Shown in pieces: positions 1 through 12,156 of a stretch of DNA of 64,000 nt. The stretch lies in NCBI GenBank assembly GCA_026023565.1, contig JAPETS010000024.1, forward strand, positions 372,001-436,000, read 5' to 3'. The translations under genes and the position numbers were made by a program. How positions within the stretch are numbered: the stretch's first letter is position 1; each line of letters starts with the position of its first letter. The notes under the pieces were generated by a model. That model was not told where the DNA came from. It saw only the letters and a list, made by a program, of their open reading frames with translations, and did no database searches. Source of the DNA: Cirrosporium novae-zelandiae. Taxonomy: Eukaryota.

Positions 1-1310
1 TCAGGAATAATCTCAGGGTCACTCTTGCGGTTATAGTTGACGACCAGTTCTTTGGAGTTTGGAAGTAAGCGGCGCTTGTTATTACGCATTTGCAATTTGA
101 GGTTGGCGGTCATTTGAGTGTACTCTTTGCCAAACTAATAACCATAGGTCAGGATAGGACAGCATAGAAGCAAGAAGGATACTTACCTCTTCTCCAAAAG
201 CCTTTTCAGGTACAAGCTCTTCCCCATCTTCCGTTCTAAGACGCTTAGGTTTTGGCTCAGCTCCATCTTCTTCCGCCTCGCTTTCCTTCCACTTTCTAGC
301 AATAACCATAGGAACAGTCTTTGGTAGCGCATCGCTCCCAAATCCAATACGTAAATTCTGACTGCCCACGTGAATGACAATGGTCTTTGAACCTGCGGTT
401 TCAGCATTCTCCTCGGGAGAGGCATCAGTATCCATTTCCAATTCACTCTCGATAGGTTGAGCCATAGCAAGCTCACGATCACGGTCCCTGGCCTTTTTGG
501 CCATCTCGTTGCGATGCTCCTCATTTTGAAGTCTGAGGGCGAGAAGTTGATCGTCGCGTTTTAGGTACTCGCTGATATGACCGTTAGCAAGTGAAGTTGT
601 CGTTTCCAACAAGTTGCATATTTTGGATATAGTTTTGTTGGTGGTGGTAAAGCCGAATAGAAAGAGAGCCTGGAGGTGTAATAGCGTTGATATAATACAT
701 AGGGATTGTAAAGTTGATCTATAATTATGTATACAATCGACGTCTCAAAATAGAACACGAGTATACCAAAGTTCACTGTAGTTCCATTGATAATCTCAAC
801 ATGCCTCAAAGAGTCCATGTAAGCTTTCGAGGCAACTCTCCAACTGAGGACGCCGCGACAAAGGCCAAGGCGAACAAACAACAAGACGACAACTAAGCAA
901 AAAAAAAGGAACTAATGAAGGATGGCATAGAGGAAAACAGGCCAAGGCGGTGAAAACACTTAAATATCAAGCCCAATAACAAGGAGAAAGTTCACATACG
1001 TATAGTAGTTTTTCTGATTGATCATGCTAACCTGGGGCCAGGAAGTGAGCTCCATATTGTTGTCAGTCCTAGCTAGGCCTTCATGTTTATCATTAGTATT
1101 GGTATTAACATCTCAGCATCAGCATCATAATCATCAACAGTACTATAACCATAACCCATGTTGATTAGGACTTTTCTTTATACCCCTCCTTTTGTAGCTG
1201 AGAGCAAAGCTTGAGAGAGAAACTTGAAAGGGGGGGGGAGGGGAATCATAGCTGGTGTTGGACTTACCCTCCTCCCGAAGGAGTGCCTTCCCAGATTTCT
1301 TTCCTACCAT
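1..1310 (-). CDS. ARP8: Actin-related protein 8 (INO80 complex), 5' portion; continues beyond window start
   Basis: ATG at 1310. Spliced exons give MVGKKSGKALLREEG/LARTDNNMELTSWPQVSMINQKNYYT/EYLKRDDQ...KTIVIHVGSQNLRIGFGSDALPKTVPMVIAR...KRRLLPNSKELVVNYN, as in fungal Arp8. GT-AG introns at about 1080-1267, 572-999 and 137-187. Confidence 0.92.
725..860 (-). ncRNA. Candidate intronic box H/ACA snoRNA in ARP8 intron 2
   Basis: Unusually long intron containing a hairpin, AGATTA (ANANNA H box; plus 791-796), a second hairpin and ACA+3 nt (plus 728-730). No target assigned. Confidence 0.4.
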
Positions 1311-1550
1311 TGTGACTTGACTTGTCCAGCGTTTATATCGGTGCTGGTTTTCTATCCAGATTTCAGCAAAAAATCAGTCACTCCTCCTTCTAAGTTGAAG
1401 TAGTCAAACCCTCGTGTCTGAATAATTAACAAAACAAAATGGTAGGTTGTTTTGGGCTACCCTATCACTAGATATAACATAGACCAGACAAGGATACAAC
1501 GCACGGGCCATTGAATGCCCTGAAACCTGAAAGGCATTAACGTACAGTAC

Positions 1551-1724
1551 CTAATTAATTACTCACCAACCGGGAGTTAGTCACCTATCAAAAATTTACT
1601 TCCTGTATTTATAAATTATAATAATTGATGAAATAAATAATACGGAAAATATATTTTTTGGCAAGTAACCAACTCCCGGTCGATGACCAACTTTAGGTCA
1701 GTTACGTTACTCAGTAATTAATTA
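1551..1724. repeat. Degenerate inverted repeat / MITE-like foldback in the ARP8-ARL1 divergent intergenic region
   Basis: tcaccaaccgggagttagtcac (from 1563) pairs with gtaaccaactcccggtcgatga (to 1686). An outer pair taattaattact/agtaattaatta and an AT-rich interior are also present. Confidence 0.55.
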
Positions 1725-2189
1725 CGACAGTTCCGTAATTACTGTAATGAATTATTTCCTGAACGAACAAAGCCGCAGGGATCCAAATCCAACCAACAGC
1801 GAGCCATCGGCTCTTTTCTACCGTATCGTCATCAACTTTATCAAAGAGCCTCTGTTTTCGGAGGTTCCAAACCACCACTACCACCACTGACTATCACATT
1901 CCGAAACCCACCCACTCCAAGCCGACCGAGCTACGTTAACTCTCTTCCGTCCAAATTATTTTTTTCGTCCAATAAATCCAAAGTTCACAAGTGCTGCCCC
2001 TCCCCTGCTCCCAATACCCGTGGGGCCTTTTATTCCTCCGACGGTTCCCAAGCTTTGAAATATCCCCAAGCCTATTATTGCAGATACATACAAAGGCGGA
2101 GGGAGGAAGAAGAAGACGAAGAAGACGAAGAAGAAGAAGAAGCAGCAGCTAGCAGCTGAGAGGGCAGCCAAGCAGCTGGTCAAGTCAAG

Positions 2190-3100
2190 ATGGGGGGACT
2201 TACCTCGAAACTAATGGGCTTGGTATGGTCGAAAAAGGAGATTAGGATACTGATACTTGGGCTTGTGTGTTTGTCCACTGGGAACCCTCAAGGGCGAGTC
2301 GTGTGTGTGTGAATTGCTGATTTAACAATTCTTCAAGGACAATGCGGGAAAGACAACTCTGCTATATAGACTAAAGGTGAGTACTTGGAAATTGCAACAA
2401 AAAGCTCCCCCCCTCCCCCTTCCCCCTCCCAAATCACCAATTCTATTCCTTAAATTTCTAGACTAACAAATCCCCTCCCTCCCACATTTAGATTGGCGAA
2501 GTAGTAACCACCATACCCACCGTGGGTTTCAACGTCGAATCCGTAACCTACAAAAATCTAAATTTCACAGTCTGGGTATGTCATGTCCCCCCTCCCCAGT
2601 ACCCCAAACCCCAACCCTAACACCCAATCCCAGGATCTCGGCGGCCAAGACAAAATCCGCCCCTACTGGCGCTGCTACTACGCCAACACCGCTGCCGTAA
2701 TCTTCGTAATCGACAGCACCGACATCGACCGCCTGAACATGGCTTCCGACGAACTAGCAGCCATGCTCAACGAGGAGGAGCTCCGCGATGCCGCCCTGCT
2801 GGTCTTTGCGAACAAACAGGACCAGCCGGGCGCAAAGGGCGCCGGGGAGATTAGCGAGGCGTTGAGGTTGGGGGAGCTGAAGGATCGCAGTTGGAGTATT
2901 GTGGCTTGTTCGGCTATTGATGGGAGTGGGATTACGGATGGGATGGATTGGTTGGTTGTGAGTAGTCTCTCTCTTTTTTTTGGAGAGCTCCTGAGTTTGA
3001 GCTCTGAACAACAAAAAGACAAAAGACAAAAAAGACAAAACAAAACTAACCTCTCCCCGTCTCTTCTCTGATATAGCAAACGGTACAATCCGAATCCTAA
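2190..3100 (+). CDS. ARL1: ADP-ribosylation factor-like GTPase Arl1 (5 exons)
   Basis: [82 protein letters not shown]...NKQD...MDWLV/QTVQSES*. Has myristoylation Gly2, G-boxes and the Arl1-type RPYWRCYY. Confidence 0.92.
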
Positions 3101-3791
3101 ATCCTAAACCTCCGGAACTAAACACCAAATAAATATCCCCCACGAGAACCAAACAATCCATTATCCCTTCCTTCCTCTCACCTTTATAATCAACCAAAAA
3201 ACCTTCACTATCCATCTATTCTTCCCCAAAACTCGAATAAATATTTTTTTTTACTTTTTTAAAAATAGGTCCTTGCTTAGAGAGAGCCGAGGCGTTTTTG
3301 TGCGTTTTTTACACGTGTGTGTGCGTGTGTGTGTCTATGTGATATAAATATAATAGGATTTTATTAACCTTAACCTTGTCCGTTTTATTTTAAATATTAT
3401 GTGTTCTCTTTTTTTGGTTTTTTTTTTTGTGTAAAGAATGGTGGGTGTTGATAGATGATAGGTCATATGGCCATTTCACTACGCAAGGAGATTTCAGGAA
3501 ATTATCTAGGAACTAAGTATGAACTAGAACGGCTCATGCATGTGTTTGTAATTGCAATTAGAAGAAAAGTAAGAAATTTTTTCATTCTTGTCTTAGAAAC
3601 ATGGTATTTTTAAAAAAGCATTTTTGTATACCCCACCCCAACCCCAGCCCCGGTCCACTTATACAGCTCCATATCTCATCCAAAAATATCCACATGTGTT
3701 TTTTTTCTTCTTTGAATATAGACATCTGAGAAAAGAAATATCGAGCACATGCACATTACCCTTCCTTCTCTCACTCAGTACCACATTTTAA

Positions 3792-5876
3792 TTATGCCTC
3801 CTTAACAGGTTCGATGTCATCACTCCCGCTTGCACTCGCCCTCTTGTCAACCTCCATGCCCTTATTCTTCATGGTCCATTCATCGCCGGTCATGCTTTCA
3901 TCCCTCTCCTCTACGTGTCCACCGTGAATACTTCGTGCTTCGTCGCCAAGTTCCTCAGGTAGAGTCAGATTAAGAATGATGGCAATGAATCCCGTAACGG
4001 CGAATCCAGTCTCCATAACCAATTCAATGGCGTTGAAGAACCCTTCTTTGGCGTGGTTGTTTCCGCTGTACGTGAATACGTAGCTGAACCATGTCGGAAC
4101 AAGCAGGGCGCCGAAGCCAGGTGCTAGTGCCGCGGTTAGAATGAACCGGTTGCGGCGAGTAAATGGCACAGTGGCAATGATGGCGAGACCGGATGCTGCG
4201 ACGGCAGCAAATAGGAATGTTGTCATTCCGCCAAGGGTTGCTTTGGGGATGGCTACAAGAGCGGCGGCGAATTTGCTAAAGATACCCATTACGATCAGCC
4301 AGAAACAGCAGGCATATCCGGCTTTGCGGTTGGCACAACGAGTGAGGGCAATGACTCCATTGTTCTGGGCAAATGTGCTCATTGGACTCTGGGAAATCGT
4401 AAGCAGGTCAAATACGGGATGAATTAAAGTTTGGTGCTGATAAGCATCGGAATAGAATGACTTACGATTGTGCACAATCCGGCAATTATCCCATTTAGAC
4501 CATCGGCAAGAACACCTCCCTGAATACGAGAATCAAATAGCTTACCCTCGACGTCAAGACGAGAAACATCGCAGGTAGCCGTAATGTCGCCAATGGCTTC
4601 CATGGCCAACACAATGTACACGGCAAGCAACGGCAGAACAAGTGGCCCATAAACTTGAAGCTTGAACGTGTGGACCCAGATGAAGGAAGCAGCAGGGGCT
4701 GAGGTGATTCCAGAGTTGTCAAAGTATCCACAGGCTGCAGCAACAATGCAACCGACGAGAAGGCCAATGACAACAGCACAGGATTTCATTATAGGACTAC
4801 CAAAACGTTCGCACAGAAGAATAGTTAAGAAAACGGTGAACCCAAGGCCGATGAATTCTGCGGAGCCCCAAGATAGGGGATGGGGAGCGTCAATATTTGG
4901 GCCTAGGCCTTATTAGTACACACAAAACCCGGAGTATTGATTTTACATACACAGGGAATAATATCCAGATGAAGGCATGCTCATGCAATCGCCAGAGCCG
5001 CCAGCCCAATCCTCAAAGCCGGATTGGATGAGAGATGCACCGATGAGCATGACAGTAGGACCGGTCACAATAGGGGGGAAGATTCGCCTTAGGGTGGCCG
5101 GTGGGGTGAATGAAAGAAGGACTTCGAGAAGACCGCACACACAGGAGGTTGCAATCAATGCACCATACCCTTCAGGACATGGGAGCTTGTTGCCGTCATC
5201 ATCTGTAGGGCTATGTAGTCTTTAGCCACACCTTCATCGAGATCAATTATAATACTCCATCACTAAACTTACCAAAATCCTGTTTGATACATTTGGCTGA
5301 ACGCTCCTGTTGCTACACTAATTATACTGAACGATGTACCAACAACGGAGATCAATCCTGTTCCAACATAGTAAGGTGATTTCCAAATATGGAACCTAGT
5401 AATTTGGATGGAGGAAAGGATTCCGCAGACTATCAAGGAAGTTGAGACAAGATATTGCTGGTGTGTTGAATCGAGATTAAGTGAGCTAGCCAGGATCATA
5501 GGAGGAGTTATAACTATGTCAACGTCAGATTTGGTTCATACCATAGTTCCGGGTTGGACTTACCGCCCGCCAGCATACTAAGTGCATGCTGGAATCCTAG
5601 AAGAAGGGCCAAAAAGACTGGCATGCGCTCATTGAGTCCGAAAAATGGGGACGCTTGTGTGGGCTTTTTCATAAATGGGAGATTGGGACGAAAGAGGAAT
5701 GCATAGTCGTAGTCACCGATCAATCCATCTATAGATTGTTATCTTCATATACATAGAAACAGCAATAGAGAAAGTATACCCTTGGTTGTAAAGGCCTTCA
5801 CAGCACTATGCGCCTTCTGCCCAATAGTCTTTTTCGGGTACCTATCAGGCCCAATGCAATCTGGTTCTTCCGCCAT
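3792..5876 (-). CDS. Uric acid-xanthine permease (NAT/NCS2 family, UapA/UapC-like), multi-exon
   Basis: ATG at 5876 (MAEEPDCIGP...). TM1 LGFQHALSMLAG, NAT signature QNNGVIALTRCANR, GPTVMLIG, many hydrophobic segments. Confidence 0.93.
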
Positions 5877-7201
5877 GCTTGTATATGTTCAATGTCACTT
5901 TAAGAGTGGTGGAACCGTCGCCTCAATTGACCGATCGTCGCAAGGGATAAAGGCTGTATATTTAAAAGTAGGAGTGGAGAGGTGCCCGAGGGCGAATAGA
6001 CAAGCAATCAGAATATGACAGCAGAGTTGAGGGATTCAATGTCGGTATTGGCCTTTAGGGTGTATCATCAGTTCTCCAATCTTGATCACAGTTGTAGAGA
6101 TATCTCATGAGCCTTCCGGGGAGGCCGTCTGGGAGGTCTGCTGGGATGCTGGCTGTTGTCGAACCCCAGACGTTATGCTGGACGTCAATTGATGGAATGA
6201 CAATTTTGATAAGGCGCCACAAGGGACGGGAAGGAGATGCTGGGGCGTGATCAAGATAGCCTTAAATATAAGAGTGCGATCAAAAGTATTGCAGATACGT
6301 ATCTCGGCGGGTTTCGTGCCCAGATGGGTCTCTCTCCAAACATAGCAGTGGTTTGAAAGATTGGGAAAATATTAGGGATGACTTATGTACCCGATATGGA
6401 ATGATTTGAAGAGGCGAATGGCGAATCTGATAACCCAATAGGATCTAGGACATCAAGCCCTACGATCCCGCTGGTGGTCATGGCTCACAAAATAGCTATG
6501 AAAATTTCGAGTTTATCGATGACAGTGTCTATGAAGTCGTTGATAACGCTCTTGGAACAAAATAGGATTGGAGCCCTGTGAACCCCTCGAAGGTCAATCT
6601 CGTCAATTCTGGCGCGAATGGGGCCGAACATCTCGCGGACTAATATTGATCCATGCAAATCCAACCAATCATTTCCCATCGGCGCCCGCCGTTACGCAAA
6701 AGCTTTATCAGTCAAGTTCAAACTCAACTCCTCAACTCATGATATTGAATCGATAGTGATAATCTCTGTACTCGATATAATCGAGTAAGCGACCACCATG
6801 GCACCATTTTACGGGCTGCGAGATTGGAATCTCTTTGTTCTCTAAGAACTTCTTTTTCAGTTCTAGCTGCATTGCTCCCTTGATTTCTAATAATCTTATA
6901 ATAGAACACTCTATCAGGCTTTGAAGCCCGGATACTGCGGGATAGAAACATAGGAGATTACTTAGATATTTGGTCATTCTGATTTTTTAAAGAGTCTCCG
7001 AAGTCGCAATAGCAAAGATGTCCAATATATGCATTGCCAATTATTCACATTGGGCGTCGACCCAGTGTCTATCCACAAATTTATAGACAAGTCTATCAAC
7101 CGACCGAAACTCCGCGCTGAATGCGAGCACTCTGGACTGAATGAAAACATACACAATACATAGATTTGAAGCCCCAGCATGCCAATTAGCCCATCAGCCC
7201 T

Positions 7202-8552
7202 CTATTGCCTTTGATAAAAGTGTTCTCCTGTCTCGAGGACTTCAATTTGATCGCCAACTTTGATCTGACTCTCTATTGCCAGAAGTTATCGTTAACACAG
7301 TTCCAGACATTTTATTTACTTGGGTGCACATGTACATACCTTGGATCGCAGGGACCATCTGCATTCCGAAACAGGCGTTCTTCGGATCCCCCTGATCAAT
7401 ACAGCGATAGCTCTTCAGTGTCTTGTCCGGGTCCACGTCATTCTTTATTCCGGTGAAAGGATCAACATTTGGAAGTCTACACCTGACAGTTCGACAAGCA
7501 CAGTAGTAGATGAAATCACCAATCTTGATTTTCTTCCATGAATCCTCTTCGAATTTAGCGGGACCGGTCATGATGATGTTTGGTCGAAACCTTAGAGCGT
7601 TGAGCTTGATGGGCTGTCGTAATTTACTTGCAACATCATGGAGGCTAGCCAGGTTCATGATGTGAAGCGGATAGGCATCGGCAAACCCAATGATCGGTTG
7701 ATACCCCACTTCCTCTTTCCTAGGAGCACATCTAAATACTTGTCGTCGCTGGTCATTGATCCGAAACAGGGTAAGGGGATTTTTCACACCCAAGAACTCT
7801 TTCAAGCCAGAAGGAACATGTGTAGCCATATTCAATGCCGGTACCGTATCCTTCCAAATTGTCATGGCTTCCGTAGTGTATCTGTTCTCCTTGATCTGCT
7901 CTAGAGATGGTGCAAATGGTACCCGAAATGTTTTTTCTGGTTCACTGCCCCCAAGACTCATAGCAACCTTGGATATAAATCCTTTCCAGCCAGTTCTTGG
8001 ACAAGGGAAGCTTACCACCAGAACCCCGCCGCTCTTCACCTCGGGAGCTTTTGGCGAATAAGTAGGGGAGGAAGGGTCGGGAACCCAGAGCTCGACTTTG
8101 ACTCTAGCAAACAATGGATATTGCCTCATAGAAAGAAATTTCCAGCTTGGAGATTTATTTCCATCCTTGACAGCATTTCCAGCCGGTTCCTGAAGCTGAG
8201 CAAAAGAGAATTGGCGATCATAAAGCATGCCAGTGCTGACAACCTCCCCTCTATTCAGCTCAATGCCTCTACAGCTCTTCAAAGGATAAATCCATAAGCT
8301 CTTGACAGTGTAGCTCCGATCACCTCCCCCACCAGCATATTTTTTCTCATACTGGTCGGCAAGATTGCTGCGAATCCGTAGACCTATTTTCCTGCATCCC
8401 TTTGGCTCAGTCTGTTTTTTGCTGTAGCTGTTCAACTCCGACAAAATGACAGCAAGAAGTGGGCCCAGGCATAAAATAACCACAAGAAGAAAGAAAGTCT
8501 GGGGTTGGAGCTCAATTCGAGGTACAAACCGAAGAGGAATGTGCATAAGCAT
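7202..8552 (-). CDS. MOSC domain protein (mARC-like) with N-terminal membrane anchor
   Basis: LWIYPLKSCRG, YDRQF, FADAYPLHIMNLASL, RFRPNII, RTVRCRLPNVDP. Last intron at about 7275-7339 leads to terminal exon ESQIKVGDQIEVLETGEHFYQRQ*. Confidence 0.9.
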
Positions 8553-9497
8553 TTTTAAAAAAAAACAGTATTTACAAATTAATGAGTAGGAAGCTGGCTA
8601 ATGAACAAGTAGGAGCAAGAAGTAGATTCATAACTAGCTGAAGGGAAACCGATGGATGAATGGATGAGTGAATACGCTATGCGTCAGAGAGAGAGAAAAA
8701 AGTGATGAAGGATCGACGCAGGGATTTCTCATTGGGCGCACAAGTGAATAAGATCCCTGGACCACACCGGAGTACCTATTTCTAGTTAAGGATTACTCCT
8801 TGTTATTAAACTCCCGGGCGTATTAACAATCAAATCAGATACCCCGAAGGCTCGGTCTGAATTGAATATAAGTTGTAATTCACAACCCTCATTAAATTAT
8901 TGCAGTCGTTAAGTTATAATATAATTAAAGCCTATTGTTAGAATTATTATATATTGTATAGGAAGGGAATGTAATCTGTTGGTAGGTTGAAGTAAGTCTA
9001 GGCAGGCAGGCTCTGAGTAAATTTATCAAGCAAGCAAAGATTTTATTTGTTTGTTTGTTTGTTTGTCTCTTCTTTGGATCTGCTGCTCTGCTCTGCTCAC
9101 GTGCGTAATTACTGCTTTAATCCTAGAGGGGATACATAATTATATAATTACCGCGTTATGCAATATCTACCTAGGTAGTACGAGGAAATACCCGCCCCGC
9201 CAACAACGCCAACACCAACAACAACCAACCAGAAACCCCAAGGAACCCAGTGAATATTCCCAATTCCCAAACTATCAATTAATTAAATCCTTGAATTCCT
9301 TTACCCAACATAAAAATCAAACAATTTTTTTTTTATATTATAACTTAAGTAGACTCACTCAACCAACGGGGGTGAATTTTTTATAAAAAAAAAATAAAGA
9401 AGAAGAAGCAAAATTAGCGTCTCTCTAGAAAAAAAGAGTAAGAGCAAGTGAAGGAGAAATGAAGTGAATATACACCAACCAACGGAAAGCAGAAAAA

Positions 9498-11412
9498 ATG
9501 ACGGAGCAAGATATATCAAACTTCACTTCCACCCCCACCTCTTCCACCACTCGTCCGTACCCCCAATTCCCCCTCACTAATCCCACTAACCCCCCCTATC
9601 CAGATCACCGTCTCCCAACAATCTCGGCCTCCCTAGCTCTAAAGAATCTCGCCCTACCCTCATTCAAACCCCTAACTACGGGATTGTCGAAGCTTGATGC
9701 CGCGCTCGATGGGGGGATTCCAAGAGGAGGGGTTACGGAGGTTTATGGACCCCCCGGGGTGGGGAAGACGGGGTTTTGGTGAGTGAGTGCGGGTGGGTGT
9801 GTTGGGTGGGTGTTTTTGTGTGTTTGTGTTATGAGAATAAGAATGAGAATGATAGAGGTGTATTGCCCTTTTTTTTTGCTTTTTTTTCTGTTTTGTCGTA
9901 CTGTGAGAGTGGCAGAACAGAGCAGAGGTTTATTGTCCCCCCCCCCCCTTTTTTTTTTGCTACAGCTGTAGCTGTTTGTTTGTTTGTTTGCTTCATTCTA
10001 TAATGGATACGGATATGGGATATAGGATATGTTTACGTTCAAAGCATTCATGTTTCTCGTTTCTCCGTTTCAGGTTCAGATTAATAACATATCTCTCTAA
10101 CTGCTGATGTTTTAGTCTTCAAACGTGCGCGCATGCTCTTCGTGCCAGTCATCACGTTGTATGGATAGGTTAGTTCCATTCCCCATTCCCATTTCCATTC
10201 CCATCTTATCTTGTCTCTTACCAAAAGGGAAAACACCACCACCATAACTAACTCCCTCTACTTAGATGCCTGCTATCCAGTACCCGGCCCCCGCCTCAAC
10301 CAAATCCTAACCTCATGTCCCTCACCACCCACCACCTCCTCATCCCAAACCCCAACAACCCACCTGCTCAAAAACTTCCACCACTACTTCACACCCACCC
10401 TCCCACATCTCCTAGCCCTCCTCCTCACCCCACCCCCCTCCTCATCTTCATCCCCCACATCCCCCACATTCCCACCCCCCGGCACCTCCCTCCTAATCCT
10501 CGATTCCATATCCACACTTTTCTCGAACGCGTTTCCTAAAAACCCCACCCCCCAAATCCCCACCACCTCCACCACATCAGCAGCAGCAACAAAAGCGAAA
10601 GAGAAAGCAAAATGGACAACAACACGCAAATACGCAATCGCAGCGACGGTTATTTCGAAGCTGGAGAAATTGGCGACGGTGTGTAATTTGGCGGTTATGG
10701 TTACGGGGCAGAGTACTACGAAAGTCCGACGGGAGGGGTGGGCGAGCGGGTTTGGGGGTAATGGGGATGGGGGAGAGGTAGTTGGGACGATCGAACCCAT
10801 AATGACAGGTCCATCCTGGGATTCTGGAATCGCAAATCGGATTGTTTTGTATCGGGATTTTTGGCATTATGGGGATGGGGGTGTGTTGAGTATCCGAATT
10901 GCAGAGGTTTTGAAAGTTAGCAGTGGTGGTGGTGGTGGTGGCGGTGGTGGGAGTGGTGATGCTCAGGGGAAAAAAATCCCCTTTTCAATTCTTGAGGTTT
11001 GTGTTTTTTCTCGTTGATTCTGATCTTGATCCCCTTTTTGATTAACTAACTGTGTGTATTATATATATAGGGCGGTCTAATACCATTCTCCGCGTCCTGT
11101 TCGTCATCCTTATCACCATTACCGATACCGATACCGATACCATCCCTATCGACATCAACACCACAAGCACAAATACAAACACAAACACAAGCATCCCTCC
11201 CCCTCCTGAACCAACACCCCAACCAAGACCAGAACCGAAATCTCAAACGAAAACATCTCGAAATCGCGGATAGTGAACCTGAATCTGAATCCGAATCTTT
11301 GTCTCTATCTGAATTGGGGGAGGGGGGAGAAGAGGAGGAGAGTTATGGATGGGCTGATGAGGATGATGATGAGTTTGGTGGTGGGGGTGAAGGTGGAGGT
11401 GATGTGGTGTGA
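9498..11412 (+). CDS. RAD55: RecA/Rad51 paralogue, Rad55-like (4 exons)
   Basis: LTTGLSKLDAALDGGIPRGGVTEVYGPPGVGKT (Walker A), LLILDSIS (Walker B). Last exon LKRKHLEIADSE...YGWADEDD with TGA at 11410-11412. Which paralogue is inferred from memory. Confidence 0.8.
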
Positions 11413-12156
11413 CATCAGAACATGGAAAGGGGAATGAAAGGGGAAAAGCAGATATGCAGATATGTCGATACGAAAACACAAAAATATAAAAATGAACACA
11501 TACCATCCACGCCATCACCATCTTTCCCAAAGAAAAGAAAAAGAAAACGAAACGAAAGGGAAAAGAAACCCACATCTCCCCTCCCTGTCTCCAGACCCCC
11601 CCCGCAGCCTTCTCCGATCCGATCCAACGAAGAAGCATCTTCCACTCCACCCTTTCTTCCCGACTCCCAATTCCTAATTCCCAGAAGCCCCCCCTCCCTC
11701 AGTAGCAAGTAAGAAATACCAACCATCCAACCAACCAAGCGGAATTCCCAACACCACTCGCTTCCTCTAGCTACAGTACGTCCCGGTCTCGGTTGGTCCG
11801 TCTGTACGTCCAGTAGCCCTCCGCTCCCCTCCCATGCTAGCATCCCGACCCCTGCTACACTAGAAACTCAGACTCAGCGTCCACGTCCCACATCAAAAGC
11901 AGACGCGAGCATCCACCTATTCCCTCCCCTATCCAGGAAGGACTCTTCAAAGGCCAGAACAAAATGATCGGGACCAAGGATATTTCACTTCCCTCCCTCC
12001 CTCTCTCCCTCCCTCCCTCCTTTCAGGATCCATCTCGATGAATTCGAGGGAGTTCACCTGGGCCTACCACGTCGTCCGTTTCTGATGTTTGATACTAATG
12101 GTTTCGGTGTTAGGTTTCTTGTTTCTTTTGCTGGGTGGGTTGGTTGGTGTTGGTGT

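Noticed and set aside
6110..6130. UaY site upstream of the purine permease
   Set aside because: CGG-N5-CCG, not the TCGG-N6-CCGA consensus.
7870..7890. U2 snRNA-like gtagtgtatctgttct
   Set aside because: Short imperfect match inside MOSC coding sequence with no other U2 features.
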